Virus record (IMG/VR): IMGVR_UViG_3300027969_000041
From: a virus
Lineage: Duplodnaviria > Caudoviricetes
Direction: 5' to 3' (one strand)
DNA length: 64,000 nt
The notes beneath the pieces were generated by a model, which worked only from the letters and a program-made list of their open reading frames with translations, was not told the DNA's origin and searched no databases. Both the position numbers and the translations under genes were made by a program. Shown piece by piece: positions 55,271 to 63,995 of this stretch (its first letter is position 1; every line of letters begins with the position of its first letter).

Positions 55271-55656
55271 TAAGAAACCTCAGTTCTGCCGTTGCCTAAA
55301 TTGTTTACATTGATAAATCCGCTGCCTCTACGATCCATTTCGATTCCGTCGGCTGCCCCAACGTTGCGACATAGTTCGGAAAACCATTGATCTACAATTG
55401 CCTCATCCGATTCACCATTGTATCCGGATGCTCTTAATTGTAACACAAAGTATTCATTCCAGTCAAGCTCAAAAAATCCGTTGCGGATATTGTCTTTGTT
55501 TACATGAGTATCTAATACAGCTACCCAAGGCTCTTTATTAGCAGTTGCTTGTTCTTTGGGGGAAAGTCTTACAGGTTCTACTTTTTTAACAATTGGTTCT
55601 GGATCTTTAATGCCAAATAGTTTTTTAATAATTTGTTTCATTTTCAAGTACCCCAC
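55270..55656 (-). CDS. Hypothetical protein (128 aa)
   Basis: ORF between queE and rnh; start uncertain. Confidence 0.55.
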   Translation of the reverse strand: MGYLKMKQIIKKLFGIKDPEPIVKKVEPVRLSPKEQATANKEPWVAVLDTHVNKDNIRNGFFELDWNEYFVLQLRASGYNGESDEAIVDQWFSELCRNVGAADGIEMDRRGSGFINVNNLGNGRTEVS

Positions 55657-56501
55657 TCATTCTTAAACAACGGCACCTGCAATCGATCACTGTAGCGGAG
55701 ACCGTGTTTCATGGCCGCTAGTGCTACTGTTTTATTATTTAAAGCGTAAACACTCTCAATACCGCCCACTGGCATCAAATATACAAGACCTGTAAATCCT
55801 TCAGCACGGAATTCTTCTGTGGCCTTTAGTGCATCTTCAATATCTTGTTCTGTTGCTACCACAAATTTCAAATACACATATCCGTAATCTTGATAGTCAA
55901 CAACTACCTTAGGCTTAATTGCATCTTTCCACGGCTCGCCACTTGCCGGAAGTTTAGCACTAACGCTGAATGTAATTTCACGCATAAAATCTTTAGTGTG
56001 ATGGTGTGCCCAGGTATGTAAGTATTGTTTAAACTCTTTTGTTAAACGCATTGTGCCGTTTGTTTCAAAAGTAATTTCTTTTAATCCTTGCATACAAGGT
56101 TGCTCTAGCAAGTTCGGATACGCCTTTTGCCAACCTAGCAACGGCTCGCCACCTGTAATAACTAGATGCTCATCACGCCATGCACCAAAGGGCAATGTTT
56201 CTACAATGCTCTTAGCAAGACCATCTACGTTAATCATAGGACTTAGGTCCTTAAATGCAGGATGCCAGCTTGCATAACTATCACAACCTGTACTAACTAA
56301 CGGCAATGATTTGTATTCTGTAAATTCAACAGCACGTTCTGCAACCTTATCTGCTTCCGTGCTTAGTTCCCCACGGGGCATACCAAATCCTTGACAGGTA
56401 AAGTTACAACCAAATGTACGCAGAAACACAGAAGGGACACCCATAAAACGTCCTTCACCTTGGATGGAATAAAATAATTCTGATACTTTAATTTTGTTCA
56501 T
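55644..56501 (-). CDS. queE: 7-carboxy-7-deazaguanine synthase-like radical SAM enzyme
   Basis: ELFYSIQGEG...PSVFLRTFGCNFTC, GCDS, LVITGGEPL, FETNGT and RLQVPLF. Confidence 0.88.
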   Translation of the reverse strand: MNKIKVSELFYSIQGEGRFMGVPSVFLRTFGCNFTCQGFGMPRGELSTEADKVAERAVEFTEYKSLPLVSTGCDSYASWHPAFKDLSPMINVDGLAKSIVETLPFGAWRDEHLVITGGEPLLGWQKAYPNLLEQPCMQGLKEITFETNGTMRLTKEFKQYLHTWAHHHTKDFMREITFSVSAKLPASGEPWKDAIKPKVVVDYQDYGYVYLKFVVATEQDIEDALKATEEFRAEGFTGLVYLMPVGGIESVYALNNKTVALAAMKHGLRYSDRLQVPLFKNEWGT

Positions 56502-56766
56502 AAATGTTTGACCACTTTTTTAGTTTTTCAATTTTTGCTCTTTTAGCAATTTCTAAATGTTCTAATGATATTACACTCTTTTCTAGCATGATGTCAATCA
56601 TTGCAAGCATATCTCCAAGTTCTTCTTCCAAATGTTCTCTATTTGTTTTTGGCTTACCTGGTTTAAGATTATCAATTCCGAATCTACTAATCTTACTAAC
56701 TGCTTGGATAACTTCTGCACATTCTTCTTGCAGGATATCCATTACTTCTTTTAACTTATTATCCAT
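56488..56766 (-). CDS. mazG: MazG-like nucleotide pyrophosphohydrolase
   Basis: LQEECAEVIQAVSK and LEEELGDMLAMI motifs. Confidence 0.8.
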   Translation of the reverse strand: MDNKLKEVMDILQEECAEVIQAVSKISRFGIDNLKPGKPKTNREHLEEELGDMLAMIDIMLEKSVISLEHLEIAKRAKIEKLKKWSNIYEQN

Positions 56767-57220
56767 TTGTTTTTCTATTTTCTAAATATTTGTCGTTGTG
56801 AATCCATTTGTTGTCGACAAGGAATCCCCATTCACGCCTTTGTGGACCAGGCATGAACATTGTCCAGCAGTCTGTTCCTTCTTTAAGCTCAACACGGTGA
56901 TAGCTATTAGCAGGGCAAATACGGAAGTGCCCAGGACCACGCCAATGCCGTGTTTCACTGATCTTGGCACCTTGTGAATTAAAGTTAGGAGTCCATTCAT
57001 AATAACCGCCTTTTAAAATTAGAGTAGCGTAAGGCCATGGATGATCATGCACATCATCGGGGTCTGACTTAAGAAACTTGTGTAAAAAAACATTAAAGGG
57101 AAACTGCTTTCTGTCTTTAAGAAACAAATAATATCGTTCAAGATAAGGTTCATTATCTTGTCTATCCATTACAATGCGTTTGCGACCAAGCCGGTCAAGT
57201 ATATTTACAAACCATTTCAT
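56759..57220 (-). CDS. Cupin-fold protein
   Basis: LHKF..SD...HDHPW...ILKGGYYE and YHRVEL...WTMF metal-binding cupin pattern. Confidence 0.75.
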   Translation of the reverse strand: MKWFVNILDRLGRKRIVMDRQDNEPYLERYYLFLKDRKQFPFNVFLHKFLKSDPDDVHDHPWPYATLILKGGYYEWTPNFNSQGAKISETRHWRGPGHFRICPANSYHRVELKEGTDCWTMFMPGPQRREWGFLVDNKWIHNDKYLENRKTNG

Positions 57221-58317
57221 TTAATCATCTCCAATAACTTGTTTGCACTAAAGAAGTTTTCAGTTAGATCTCTTGTTTGTTTGCGAACTTGATATTTGAA
57301 CTGATCATAATTATTCATATATTGAATAATTTTATAACACAATGCTTGTCGAGATGACTCGTATGCTTTGTAGTTTTCGGTCCAAATACTAGGATACTTA
57401 AATGTGTCGTAGTACATTTCGCTATAAGATAAACGATCCGGTACCATCGGAATAGCATCTACAATGGCACCTTCGTAACAACTAATACCCAGAGTTTCTT
57501 GTAGATTTGCACTAAACACAATTTTACTTTCGCCTAACAAATTATGATATTCATTTTTTGTTAATTGTTGATCCTGACAAACTACAAATTCATATTGCGG
57601 CAAATGTGTAGCTAGGTCACGGAAAATTTCAACCTGTTTCTCTGGCGCTATGCGATGAGGAAACAGTATAAGATCACGTTTGGGCATATTCTTATACATA
57701 GTCAATGTATTGTCCATATACTCCATAGGCCAACCTGTTCGAACAAATCTTAGATCTTCACCTTTTAAGATTTCATCTAGATGTTCACTAAACCAAGGAT
57801 TTTCTGTAGGATAATCGTTTAACAGATTAGTATAGAACATACTAATATGAAAGTCTGTAGCAAAGTAGTTATAATCAAATGCATGGAAGAAACTCTTCTC
57901 AGCGTTTCTCACCCAAGGCTTATTGCCAACCAACCTACCTAGAAAGTCTTGAGGATCATAACTACCAGCATGCCATAAGCCGTGTGTGGTTACTGGGATG
58001 CCCAGTAACTCACTCATATATTTAAGATTGATGATGCCAGGGTGCCAAGCATCAGTAAATATAAAATGATCACCTGCATGAACGGTTCCGTCGCAAAATA
58101 GCCTACCCATCTGCTCAACCTGCCGAGCCTTGTAGATGTTTGTGCCGCCAAAATTAAGAAAGGCACCAGGAGTAGTAGCACTAGGGATATCTGTAGGGCC
58201 AGAGATAATTTGAACATTGTGTCCTGCTTTCTTAAGTAGATTAGGTACATGAGACTTCCATTGTCCCGTGTACCTAGTTTCTACGCTTTCCAAATCAATT
58301 AGGAAAACGTTTGCCAT
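57217..58317 (-). CDS. GT-B fold glycosyltransferase (GT4-like)
   Basis: Start set at MANVFL (58317). LWHAGSYDP, LFPHRIAPEKQ and ETLGISCYEG..VDAIPMVPDRLSYSE match the GT-B nucleotide-sugar-binding motif. Confidence 0.8.
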   Translation of the reverse strand: MANVFLIDLESVETRYTGQWKSHVPNLLKKAGHNVQIISGPTDIPSATTPGAFLNFGGTNIYKARQVEQMGRLFCDGTVHAGDHFIFTDAWHPGIINLKYMSELLGIPVTTHGLWHAGSYDPQDFLGRLVGNKPWVRNAEKSFFHAFDYNYFATDFHISMFYTNLLNDYPTENPWFSEHLDEILKGEDLRFVRTGWPMEYMDNTLTMYKNMPKRDLILFPHRIAPEKQVEIFRDLATHLPQYEFVVCQDQQLTKNEYHNLLGESKIVFSANLQETLGISCYEGAIVDAIPMVPDRLSYSEMYYDTFKYPSIWTENYKAYESSRQALCYKIIQYMNNYDQFKYQVRKQTRDLTENFFSANKLLEMIK

Positions 58318-58318
58318 T

Positions 58319-58543
58319 TTATTGTTCCTGACGCTGTGCTCGTCCTTCGCGACGGGCTTTTCGTTCAAGATACTCTTGACCACGCTGGAATGCTCGGTAA
58401 GCATCGGACCTATAAAGATCCTTTTCGTTGTATGGAAGAAGATTAAATCGGCAATGATCTAACCATGTGTCGAGGTCGTCAAAAATACGAGTGACCTCTG
58501 GTTTCATCTTAAGAGTTTTTTGAATGTAAGTTGGCTGTGCCAT
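58319..58543 (-). CDS. Hypothetical protein (74 aa)
   Basis: ORF between the T-fold gene and the glycosyltransferase. Confidence 0.55.
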   Translation of the reverse strand: MAQPTYIQKTLKMKPEVTRIFDDLDTWLDHCRFNLLPYNEKDLYRSDAYRAFQRGQEYLERKARREGRAQRQEQ

Positions 58544-58560
58544 TTTACGTTTTCCTATTA

Positions 58561-58944
58561 TTAGGGTTGATTAACAAATGTAAGTGTAGCGCCATTCTCG
58601 CCATCCTCACTTACTTCAATAATGGTCTTACGACCAGGCCACCTTGCAGTGATTGTCGTGTTAAGTTCACGAGCAATCATTTCACAAGATTTGTGGTTGA
58701 GTTCAAGAATGCCATCGCTGTAGCACTTCTCAAGCCAACGCTTAAACTGGATAAATTCAATATCGCGGTCATCTTGGAAGACCTCAATAGAAACTTTAAA
58801 ATGGAAAATATGTCGATGCGGTGTTCCAAGAAAACTAACATCATATTCGTCGCCTGTAGCTAACTTAGGATCAGTTGCCGCGGCAGGGTACATGTGAATA
58901 CCTTCTTTACGGAAGGTTACCCAAATAAATGATAGATTGTTCAT
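58561..58944 (-). CDS. QueD-like T-fold protein (DpdL-like)
   Basis: HMYP...LGTPHRHIFHFKVSIEV...DRDIEFIQFKR, SCEMIA and EVSEDGENG; His-rich T-fold pattern inside a deazaguanine cluster. Confidence 0.7.
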   Translation of the reverse strand: MNNLSFIWVTFRKEGIHMYPAAATDPKLATGDEYDVSFLGTPHRHIFHFKVSIEVFQDDRDIEFIQFKRWLEKCYSDGILELNHKSCEMIARELNTTITARWPGRKTIIEVSEDGENGATLTFVNQP

Positions 58945-59132
58945 TACTCTGCGGTTTTCTTAGTAGTTTTCTTAGCGGATGTTGAAGATGCATTTTCTGT
59001 TTTTTCAGGAGCCGCTTCCTTCATCATGTTCATCATTTCCCAAAGTTTCCAATCTATGCTTTCAAGCAATTTGAATAGTTTTTCTTCAGTTGAATGTTGA
59101 GCAATGGATTTTGTAAGTTTAGCATTAATCAT
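58944..59132 (-). CDS. Hypothetical protein (62 aa)
   Basis: Stop/start overlaps on both sides. Confidence 0.5.
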   Translation of the reverse strand: MINAKLTKSIAQHSTEEKLFKLLESIDWKLWEMMNMMKEAAPEKTENASSTSAKKTTKKTAE

Positions 59133-59641
59133 TTAATTACCTCGTCGTTTTTATATTGGTTCCAGTCTGTAAAGTTTTTACGATCCATTAGTGTGTGCAG
59201 ACTGTGTGACCACACACCGGGATTAGTTGCATTAAAATCTTTGTCGTCAATTTTAATCATTGTATTATAATTCCATAATTTAATATATGGAATAGGAACT
59301 CGAATTTGTGGAATAAAATTATTACTTTCACATAATCCATTTTCGAGAAATTCTTCTGCAAGAGCAATTGGAATATCAAGACTACACAGATATCCTTTTT
59401 CTAAAAAGAATTCAATCATAGATTCCCAACTTTTCCACTCGTTGTAGGTAGTGGGAAGGAAACTGTGATTAGCACCAAAAAAGATATGTTCTGCTCCGTT
59501 TAAGTTGGCAGAAATTTCTTCTATTGTATGTATGCCTGTGACAAATAGTGTCTTTAATCCAAACGCAGGTGTGTGTTCAATTTCAGTTCCTGTAAAGAAT
59601 TGAATATTGTTTGCTTCACCGTTGATATAATCTCGTTTCAT
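59129..59641 (-). CDS. Hypothetical enzyme-like protein (about 170 aa) in the modification cluster
   Basis: Start set at MKRDY (59641); FTGTEIEHTP...HIFFGANHSF segment. Confidence 0.55.
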   Translation of the reverse strand: MKRDYINGEANNIQFFTGTEIEHTPAFGLKTLFVTGIHTIEEISANLNGAEHIFFGANHSFLPTTYNEWKSWESMIEFFLEKGYLCSLDIPIALAEEFLENGLCESNNFIPQIRVPIPYIKLWNYNTMIKIDDKDFNATNPGVWSHSLHTLMDRKNFTDWNQYKNDEVIK

Positions 59642-59680
59642 AATATTAGTATAGCGTAATTTGTGCCAACATGCAACCAA

Positions 59681-60166
59681 TTAATTGCCCGGAAACGGCC
59701 AAGCGTTGCTGGGTTCTGGGCGAGATTTTAATTTAATATCTTCTTCAATGATCAACCCATCCTCGTCACAAAGACTAACTTGAAATGGTGCAATGATATG
59801 TACTGCGGCATCTTCTTCTTGCCAATCATGTTCACCATCGTACAGCCAACCTGCACCACCTTCGTAGTAAAGCTCTTTTAATTCTTGTTGTTCTAGTCCA
59901 CTAATGTCATCGCTAAATTCCCATTCAACACTAATGCTATCATCGAACTCACAGCCCCAACCCGCATCCACTTTAGTGTATGCCACTCGATCGCCGTCAT
60001 AAGGAAGGTTACAATCCATATCTTCTTCAATAAACCCTTGCCCCCAACGATAGGTTTCATCTATGTTAAACCAACTTGTAGTACCGTCTGGATTATCACG
60101 GAACATTTCTACATGGTAGATAACACTTTTCTTTTCAAGAGGTTTGATTAGGTATACTTTACTCAT
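59681..60166 (-). CDS. Acidic hypothetical protein (161 aa)
   Basis: Very Asp/Glu- and Trp-rich ORF with ATGA coupling. Confidence 0.6.
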   Translation of the reverse strand: MSKVYLIKPLEKKSVIYHVEMFRDNPDGTTSWFNIDETYRWGQGFIEEDMDCNLPYDGDRVAYTKVDAGWGCEFDDSISVEWEFSDDISGLEQQELKELYYEGGAGWLYDGEHDWQEEDAAVHIIAPFQVSLCDEDGLIIEEDIKLKSRPEPSNAWPFPGN

Positions 60167-60567
60167 TTTGATTTCTCTGCTAGTTCTTTATAACCCGCCC
60201 AACTAGGATGTATCTTATCTTTTTGCCAACGAGTTGTAACTAAAACAGTATCACCGAATTGTTCTGCGACTCGACGAATGTGCTGTACTGCTTCAAATTT
60301 TTCTTCTCGATTTGGTTCAATCCAAAATACTCTTGGGTTGCCTTTAATTTTAGTACGGATATTCATTAACATTCCGTAGGTATCTGCCTTTGCCCAGTCA
60401 TTGGTTCCTAAACTAATAATAACTGTATTAGCAGTTAGATCATTTTTTCCGTATTGTTTATTCCAGCCAATACTAGTAATGCCACCTTTGGCATAATCAA
60501 TACAATCAGGACGAAACATTTTTGTTCCGACGGCAATACTGTCACCTATAATTAAACAATCAATCAT
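60163..60567 (-). CDS. SGNH/GDSL-like hydrolase
   Basis: IIGDSIAVG, ISLGTND and D.IHP blocks. Confidence 0.8.
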   Translation of the reverse strand: MIDCLIIGDSIAVGTKMFRPDCIDYAKGGITSIGWNKQYGKNDLTANTVIISLGTNDWAKADTYGMLMNIRTKIKGNPRVFWIEPNREEKFEAVQHIRRVAEQFGDTVLVTTRWQKDKIHPSWAGYKELAEKSK

Positions 60568-60986
60568 TCTAAATCCTCATTGCGATTGCTAGGGTACTTA
60601 CTACTGGCCATCCTAATTAGTACTAGGCTAACAGCAAGTATGAAAGTTGCCCCTGCTAATATCAGTATGTTTGTTATATGTTCGTCGCCGATTGCTACTA
60701 GATCTATCATATGTCGAGTTAGTGCGGTAATAGCAATGTAAATTAAAAAACGCACCGGCATATGGTTAGTTTTGAAATATATCCCAACCATTGCACCAAT
60801 TTCCAAGTAGATGAATAGTAATAGTAAATCTTGAATATTGACATGATGTTTTTGAAATAATTCAAAAAATGTATAGCCAGCCGCCCATACTGTGGCAGCA
60901 CCTATACTAAACAGAGCAATTCTATGGAATATACCAACTAGGGTATTTCCGAAATTGTCTAATTTTTGTAGTTGATTATTCAGCAC
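60564..60986 (-). CDS. psiE: Phosphate-starvation-inducible membrane protein PsiE-like
   Basis: Four hydrophobic segments; DLLLLFIYLEIGAMVGIYF...MPVRFLIYIAITALTRH signature. Confidence 0.8.
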   Translation of the reverse strand: MLNNQLQKLDNFGNTLVGIFHRIALFSIGAATVWAAGYTFFELFQKHHVNIQDLLLLFIYLEIGAMVGIYFKTNHMPVRFLIYIAITALTRHMIDLVAIGDEHITNILILAGATFILAVSLVLIRMASSKYPSNRNEDLE

Positions 60987-61000
60987 GATATTCTCCAGGT

Positions 61001-61582
61001 TTACTTTACTGCTATATTAAATGATATAGAAATCCTGTCTTCATCATTTAAGTTTGGTTCTACATAATGTTCTAGCCATGCAGGAAATAGTAATAATTGT
61101 CCCTCTTTAGGAGTAACAGTCCAATTGGCCGAACTAACTGCGTTATAATTATCTACAAATTGATCTTGTAAATGATATTGCAAATTGGATGCAGGATTCT
61201 TAAATAGAATGTTTCCTTTTTTATCTCCAACTGATACATAATAAGCACCTGACATAACACAATCGGTGTGTATGTGAGGTCTATTAAATCCAGACTTGGG
61301 ATTAATGTTTATCCACAAATGATTTATAAATGTTCTGGTAGAAGATTTTAATCCGCATTCAGTTTTAATAGATTCTGCTCGAGAAAGTATTTCGTTGACT
61401 AATTTTTGTATTTCTGGATTAGGCTTAATTAACGCCCCACTTTGCCAACCGTAAAAATTACTACGCACAACTCCTGGAGACGATTTTTTTACATCATATG
61501 CATACTTCTTTAATTCAGCATTGTCTATACTTGTTAGTGTATCTGAAACAACAAATGATGAAAATACATAAGACAAATTCAT
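61001..61582 (-). CDS. 2OG-Fe(II) oxygenase (TIGR02466-like)
   Basis: WININ...PHIH..VMSGAYY, FPAWLEHYV and RISISFN motifs. Confidence 0.85.
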   Translation of the reverse strand: MNLSYVFSSFVVSDTLTSIDNAELKKYAYDVKKSSPGVVRSNFYGWQSGALIKPNPEIQKLVNEILSRAESIKTECGLKSSTRTFINHLWININPKSGFNRPHIHTDCVMSGAYYVSVGDKKGNILFKNPASNLQYHLQDQFVDNYNAVSSANWTVTPKEGQLLLFPAWLEHYVEPNLNDEDRISISFNIAVK

Positions 61583-61583
61583 G

Positions 61584-63218
61584 TTATTCTCCTAATCCAC
61601 CTTCTTCAAGTTCTCGAAGTTTATCATCATCTGGATTTTCTAAATCTACTTCTTCAGAAGTCGTTACTTCTTCAAATGCAAATAAATTTCTAAATTCATT
61701 TTGCTTAGGACCGCCCTGTAGTCGAGCACCTTCTAAACTGCGTAAGAATGGACCTGCTTGATCTATCATAGCAAATGCTTCGTCTTTAGTAGTAGTATTA
61801 AACAAGTCTTCAACTAAACTTGAGAAGTATAATATGTTACGGGGAACCCAGTCGCTATGCTCATCACTCATGTCCGAGCCTTTGACCTTCTTCCACTGTT
61901 TCCATGTCAGCCGATCTTTAACTTTGGCAATTTCGATATCCATTAGTTGTTGAGCACGTTGTACTGCAACAATATGACATTCTACATTATGACCCATCAT
62001 CAATGCATAAGCAAAACTATCCCAACTTGTTTTGTTTGGAATTTTACCTAGCTTGTTTAGTCTAGGAACTTCATGATAGTGTTCTGGATTTAAGTGATCA
62101 AATTTGACACCATTTAATTCTTTATCTGTTTTCCGATTGCCTAGATTATAATAGGCAATGTCTGTCATTGTCAATCTACGGCCGATTGACGATTCGAAGG
62201 GAAACGGAATGTCTGACCCCGATAATGATTTGTTATCTGGTGCTTTGTCCATAATAACACTCCACCTCTTGGGAGTGTGGACTGCGCTGGTGTAGACAAG
62301 TCCGTGCGCTGTTGCGATGAACGGTGAGGCGCAGTCAAAAGATATGGTAATTTCTTCATTGATATGTTTCCTGATTTGTCGTTGAATTAAAGTTAAGTAG
62401 CATGACCAATCCAGCTGAGCAGTTCCCAGAAAGTGGATCCAATTTTTGCCTTTCAGCAAACCATCTTCTCTTAATGTCATTAGACGTTTAAGAGTAATAT
62501 CCATTTTGCACATGTTAGCACCACCAAAGGCCCAACCTTCTGCTTCACGACCCGCATACTTACCTTTAGGGTCGCTAAATTCTTTTACACCTTGATACCA
62601 CTGTTCAGCAGTATCCCAGTCCCCACCTTGTAACACATTGAGCCATTTAGTTTGACCTAACCGATTCATTAGAAAGTAATCATTGTTATAACGAGTCTTA
62701 TCTAAACAATCTTCAAATGTTTTCAATCCTGTCTTAGGACTATGAATATGGTCACATGCCCATGTGGGCACGTCTAGCATCATTGACCAGTCTGCGGTTA
62801 CTTCTAACCACTCGAGAATCTTTTGACGAGTCTTTGTAGCTTCCTTGCCCTCAAAGTCTAACCAATCAAACTTAAGAACACCTTTACCAATCTGGTATCC
62901 ACCCGAGTCACCGAGAATCATAGTGTTATTACGATCTCGTTGTTGAATCATTGATTCTTGTGTTAGACTCTTTTGTAGATCTAACTGTGCATGACCTGCT
63001 GAATACAATCCGTACTTGTAAGTAAAATATCCTTGTTCTGGATTAAGGAAATTCATACCTTCAATACCTCGATCAAATCCTGCAGGGATACGATCCTTAG
63101 ATACAAACTCTTCTAGGCGTTGTTTAGCAACGTAAGTACTGTAGAAACTACTAATAGCTGGCAAATAGACAGCATAGTCTTTCTGTAATGGTGTTAGGTT
63201 AACTTGTTGATGTATCAT
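61584..63218 (-). CDS. dpdA: TGT-family transglycosylase, DpdA-like (7-deazaguanine insertion into DNA)
   Basis: TGT barrel motifs GDSGGYQ, MLDVP, NVLQG, GWAFGG, IHFLG and SFDCASP; clustered with queE and the QueD-like gene. The DNA (rather than tRNA) substrate is inferred from context. Confidence 0.75.
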   Translation of the reverse strand: MIHQQVNLTPLQKDYAVYLPAISSFYSTYVAKQRLEEFVSKDRIPAGFDRGIEGMNFLNPEQGYFTYKYGLYSAGHAQLDLQKSLTQESMIQQRDRNNTMILGDSGGYQIGKGVLKFDWLDFEGKEATKTRQKILEWLEVTADWSMMLDVPTWACDHIHSPKTGLKTFEDCLDKTRYNNDYFLMNRLGQTKWLNVLQGGDWDTAEQWYQGVKEFSDPKGKYAGREAEGWAFGGANMCKMDITLKRLMTLREDGLLKGKNWIHFLGTAQLDWSCYLTLIQRQIRKHINEEITISFDCASPFIATAHGLVYTSAVHTPKRWSVIMDKAPDNKSLSGSDIPFPFESSIGRRLTMTDIAYYNLGNRKTDKELNGVKFDHLNPEHYHEVPRLNKLGKIPNKTSWDSFAYALMMGHNVECHIVAVQRAQQLMDIEIAKVKDRLTWKQWKKVKGSDMSDEHSDWVPRNILYFSSLVEDLFNTTTKDEAFAMIDQAGPFLRSLEGARLQGGPKQNEFRNLFAFEEVTTSEEVDLENPDDDKLRELEEGGLGE

Positions 63219-63949
63219 GCCTGTGCTGGAATAATATATTTGTAAGTAGCAAGACCGCTGTCTAATTCAATTTGCATAGCACCGTCATTGCTAAAACCAA
63301 TTTTAGCATTGTTAGCATCTGCAATCTTCAAGATGCTCAGCACTGGCATAACAGGCCATGTCCATGCTTTAGTAATCTTACCTGTTACACCTGTGGCAAA
63401 TACAAACTCACCACCGTGACTTGCGGCATCGCCAAATGTAAAGATCAATTTGTCGCCATCTGTCTTAGCTAAGAATGTTGTGTGCTCTGTGTTAGCACCT
63501 GCTTGGAATTGGAAACGCTGTACAGAAGCAACTGTAGGCGCAACTTCAACATGCCAATTAACACCACGAAACTTGACAGTCTTCAATTTCTCATTGATGA
63601 TGTCTTGATTCATAAATCGATAGTCATTCTTAAAGTCGCCGTCTTTGTTTTCAAAGTGAAGACCGACTGGAATAGTTTCCCCGTTGCGATCACCTGTAAC
63701 AACTTCAATCTTAGCATCTTCTTGATACTCTTTACCATCAACTAGATATCGTAGTTTTTCAAGTTGTGGCATACCAAATGTACCGATCATATCGGGATGT
63801 GGATTGGTAGTCTCTGCATACATGATAACACTACGGTCATCTGCCATAGAGTCGATCAATGTTTTAGCTTCTGTGCCTGTAATTTTTACAATGTTTAAGA
63901 AGCCTAGTTTGTTGGTGTGAGCAACGATGTCTTGTAGAATGTCTTTCAT
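63215..63949 (-). CDS. gp45: DNA polymerase sliding clamp, gp45-like
   Basis: 244 aa, beta-rich two-domain pattern (FGMPQL, NDYRFM, LATYKYIIPA) typical of divergent gp45. Confidence 0.65.
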   Translation of the reverse strand: MKDILQDIVAHTNKLGFLNIVKITGTEAKTLIDSMADDRSVIMYAETTNPHPDMIGTFGMPQLEKLRYLVDGKEYQEDAKIEVVTGDRNGETIPVGLHFENKDGDFKNDYRFMNQDIINEKLKTVKFRGVNWHVEVAPTVASVQRFQFQAGANTEHTTFLAKTDGDKLIFTFGDAASHGGEFVFATGVTGKITKAWTWPVMPVLSILKIADANNAKIGFSNDGAMQIELDSGLATYKYIIPAQA

Positions 63950-63966
63950 ATTAATTCCTTTGTATA

Positions 63967-63995
63967 AGTTTATTTAGATTTATGAGTAAAGTCAA
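63967..63995 (-). promoter_or_regulatory. Overlapping sigma70-type and late-type promoters for the clamp/dpdA operon
   Basis: TTGACT(63995-63990)-17 nt-TAAACT(63972-63967), with TAAATA at 63976-63971. Confidence 0.55.

Noticed and set aside
57217-58404. Longer starts given by the ORF track for the glycosyltransferase (58404), 59129-59680 and 13349-13717
   Set aside because: The extensions at 58404 and 13717 overlap the upstream genes. Internal ATGs at 58317, 59641 and 13660 give more typical spacing and N-termini.
31-63745. Many short antisense or nested ORFs in the track (e.g. 31-297, 5445-6032, 19693-20145, 52312-52779, 52361-52831, 58531-58863)
   Set aside because: They are shadows of well-supported genes on the opposite strand or frame, mostly with non-ATG starts and no motifs.
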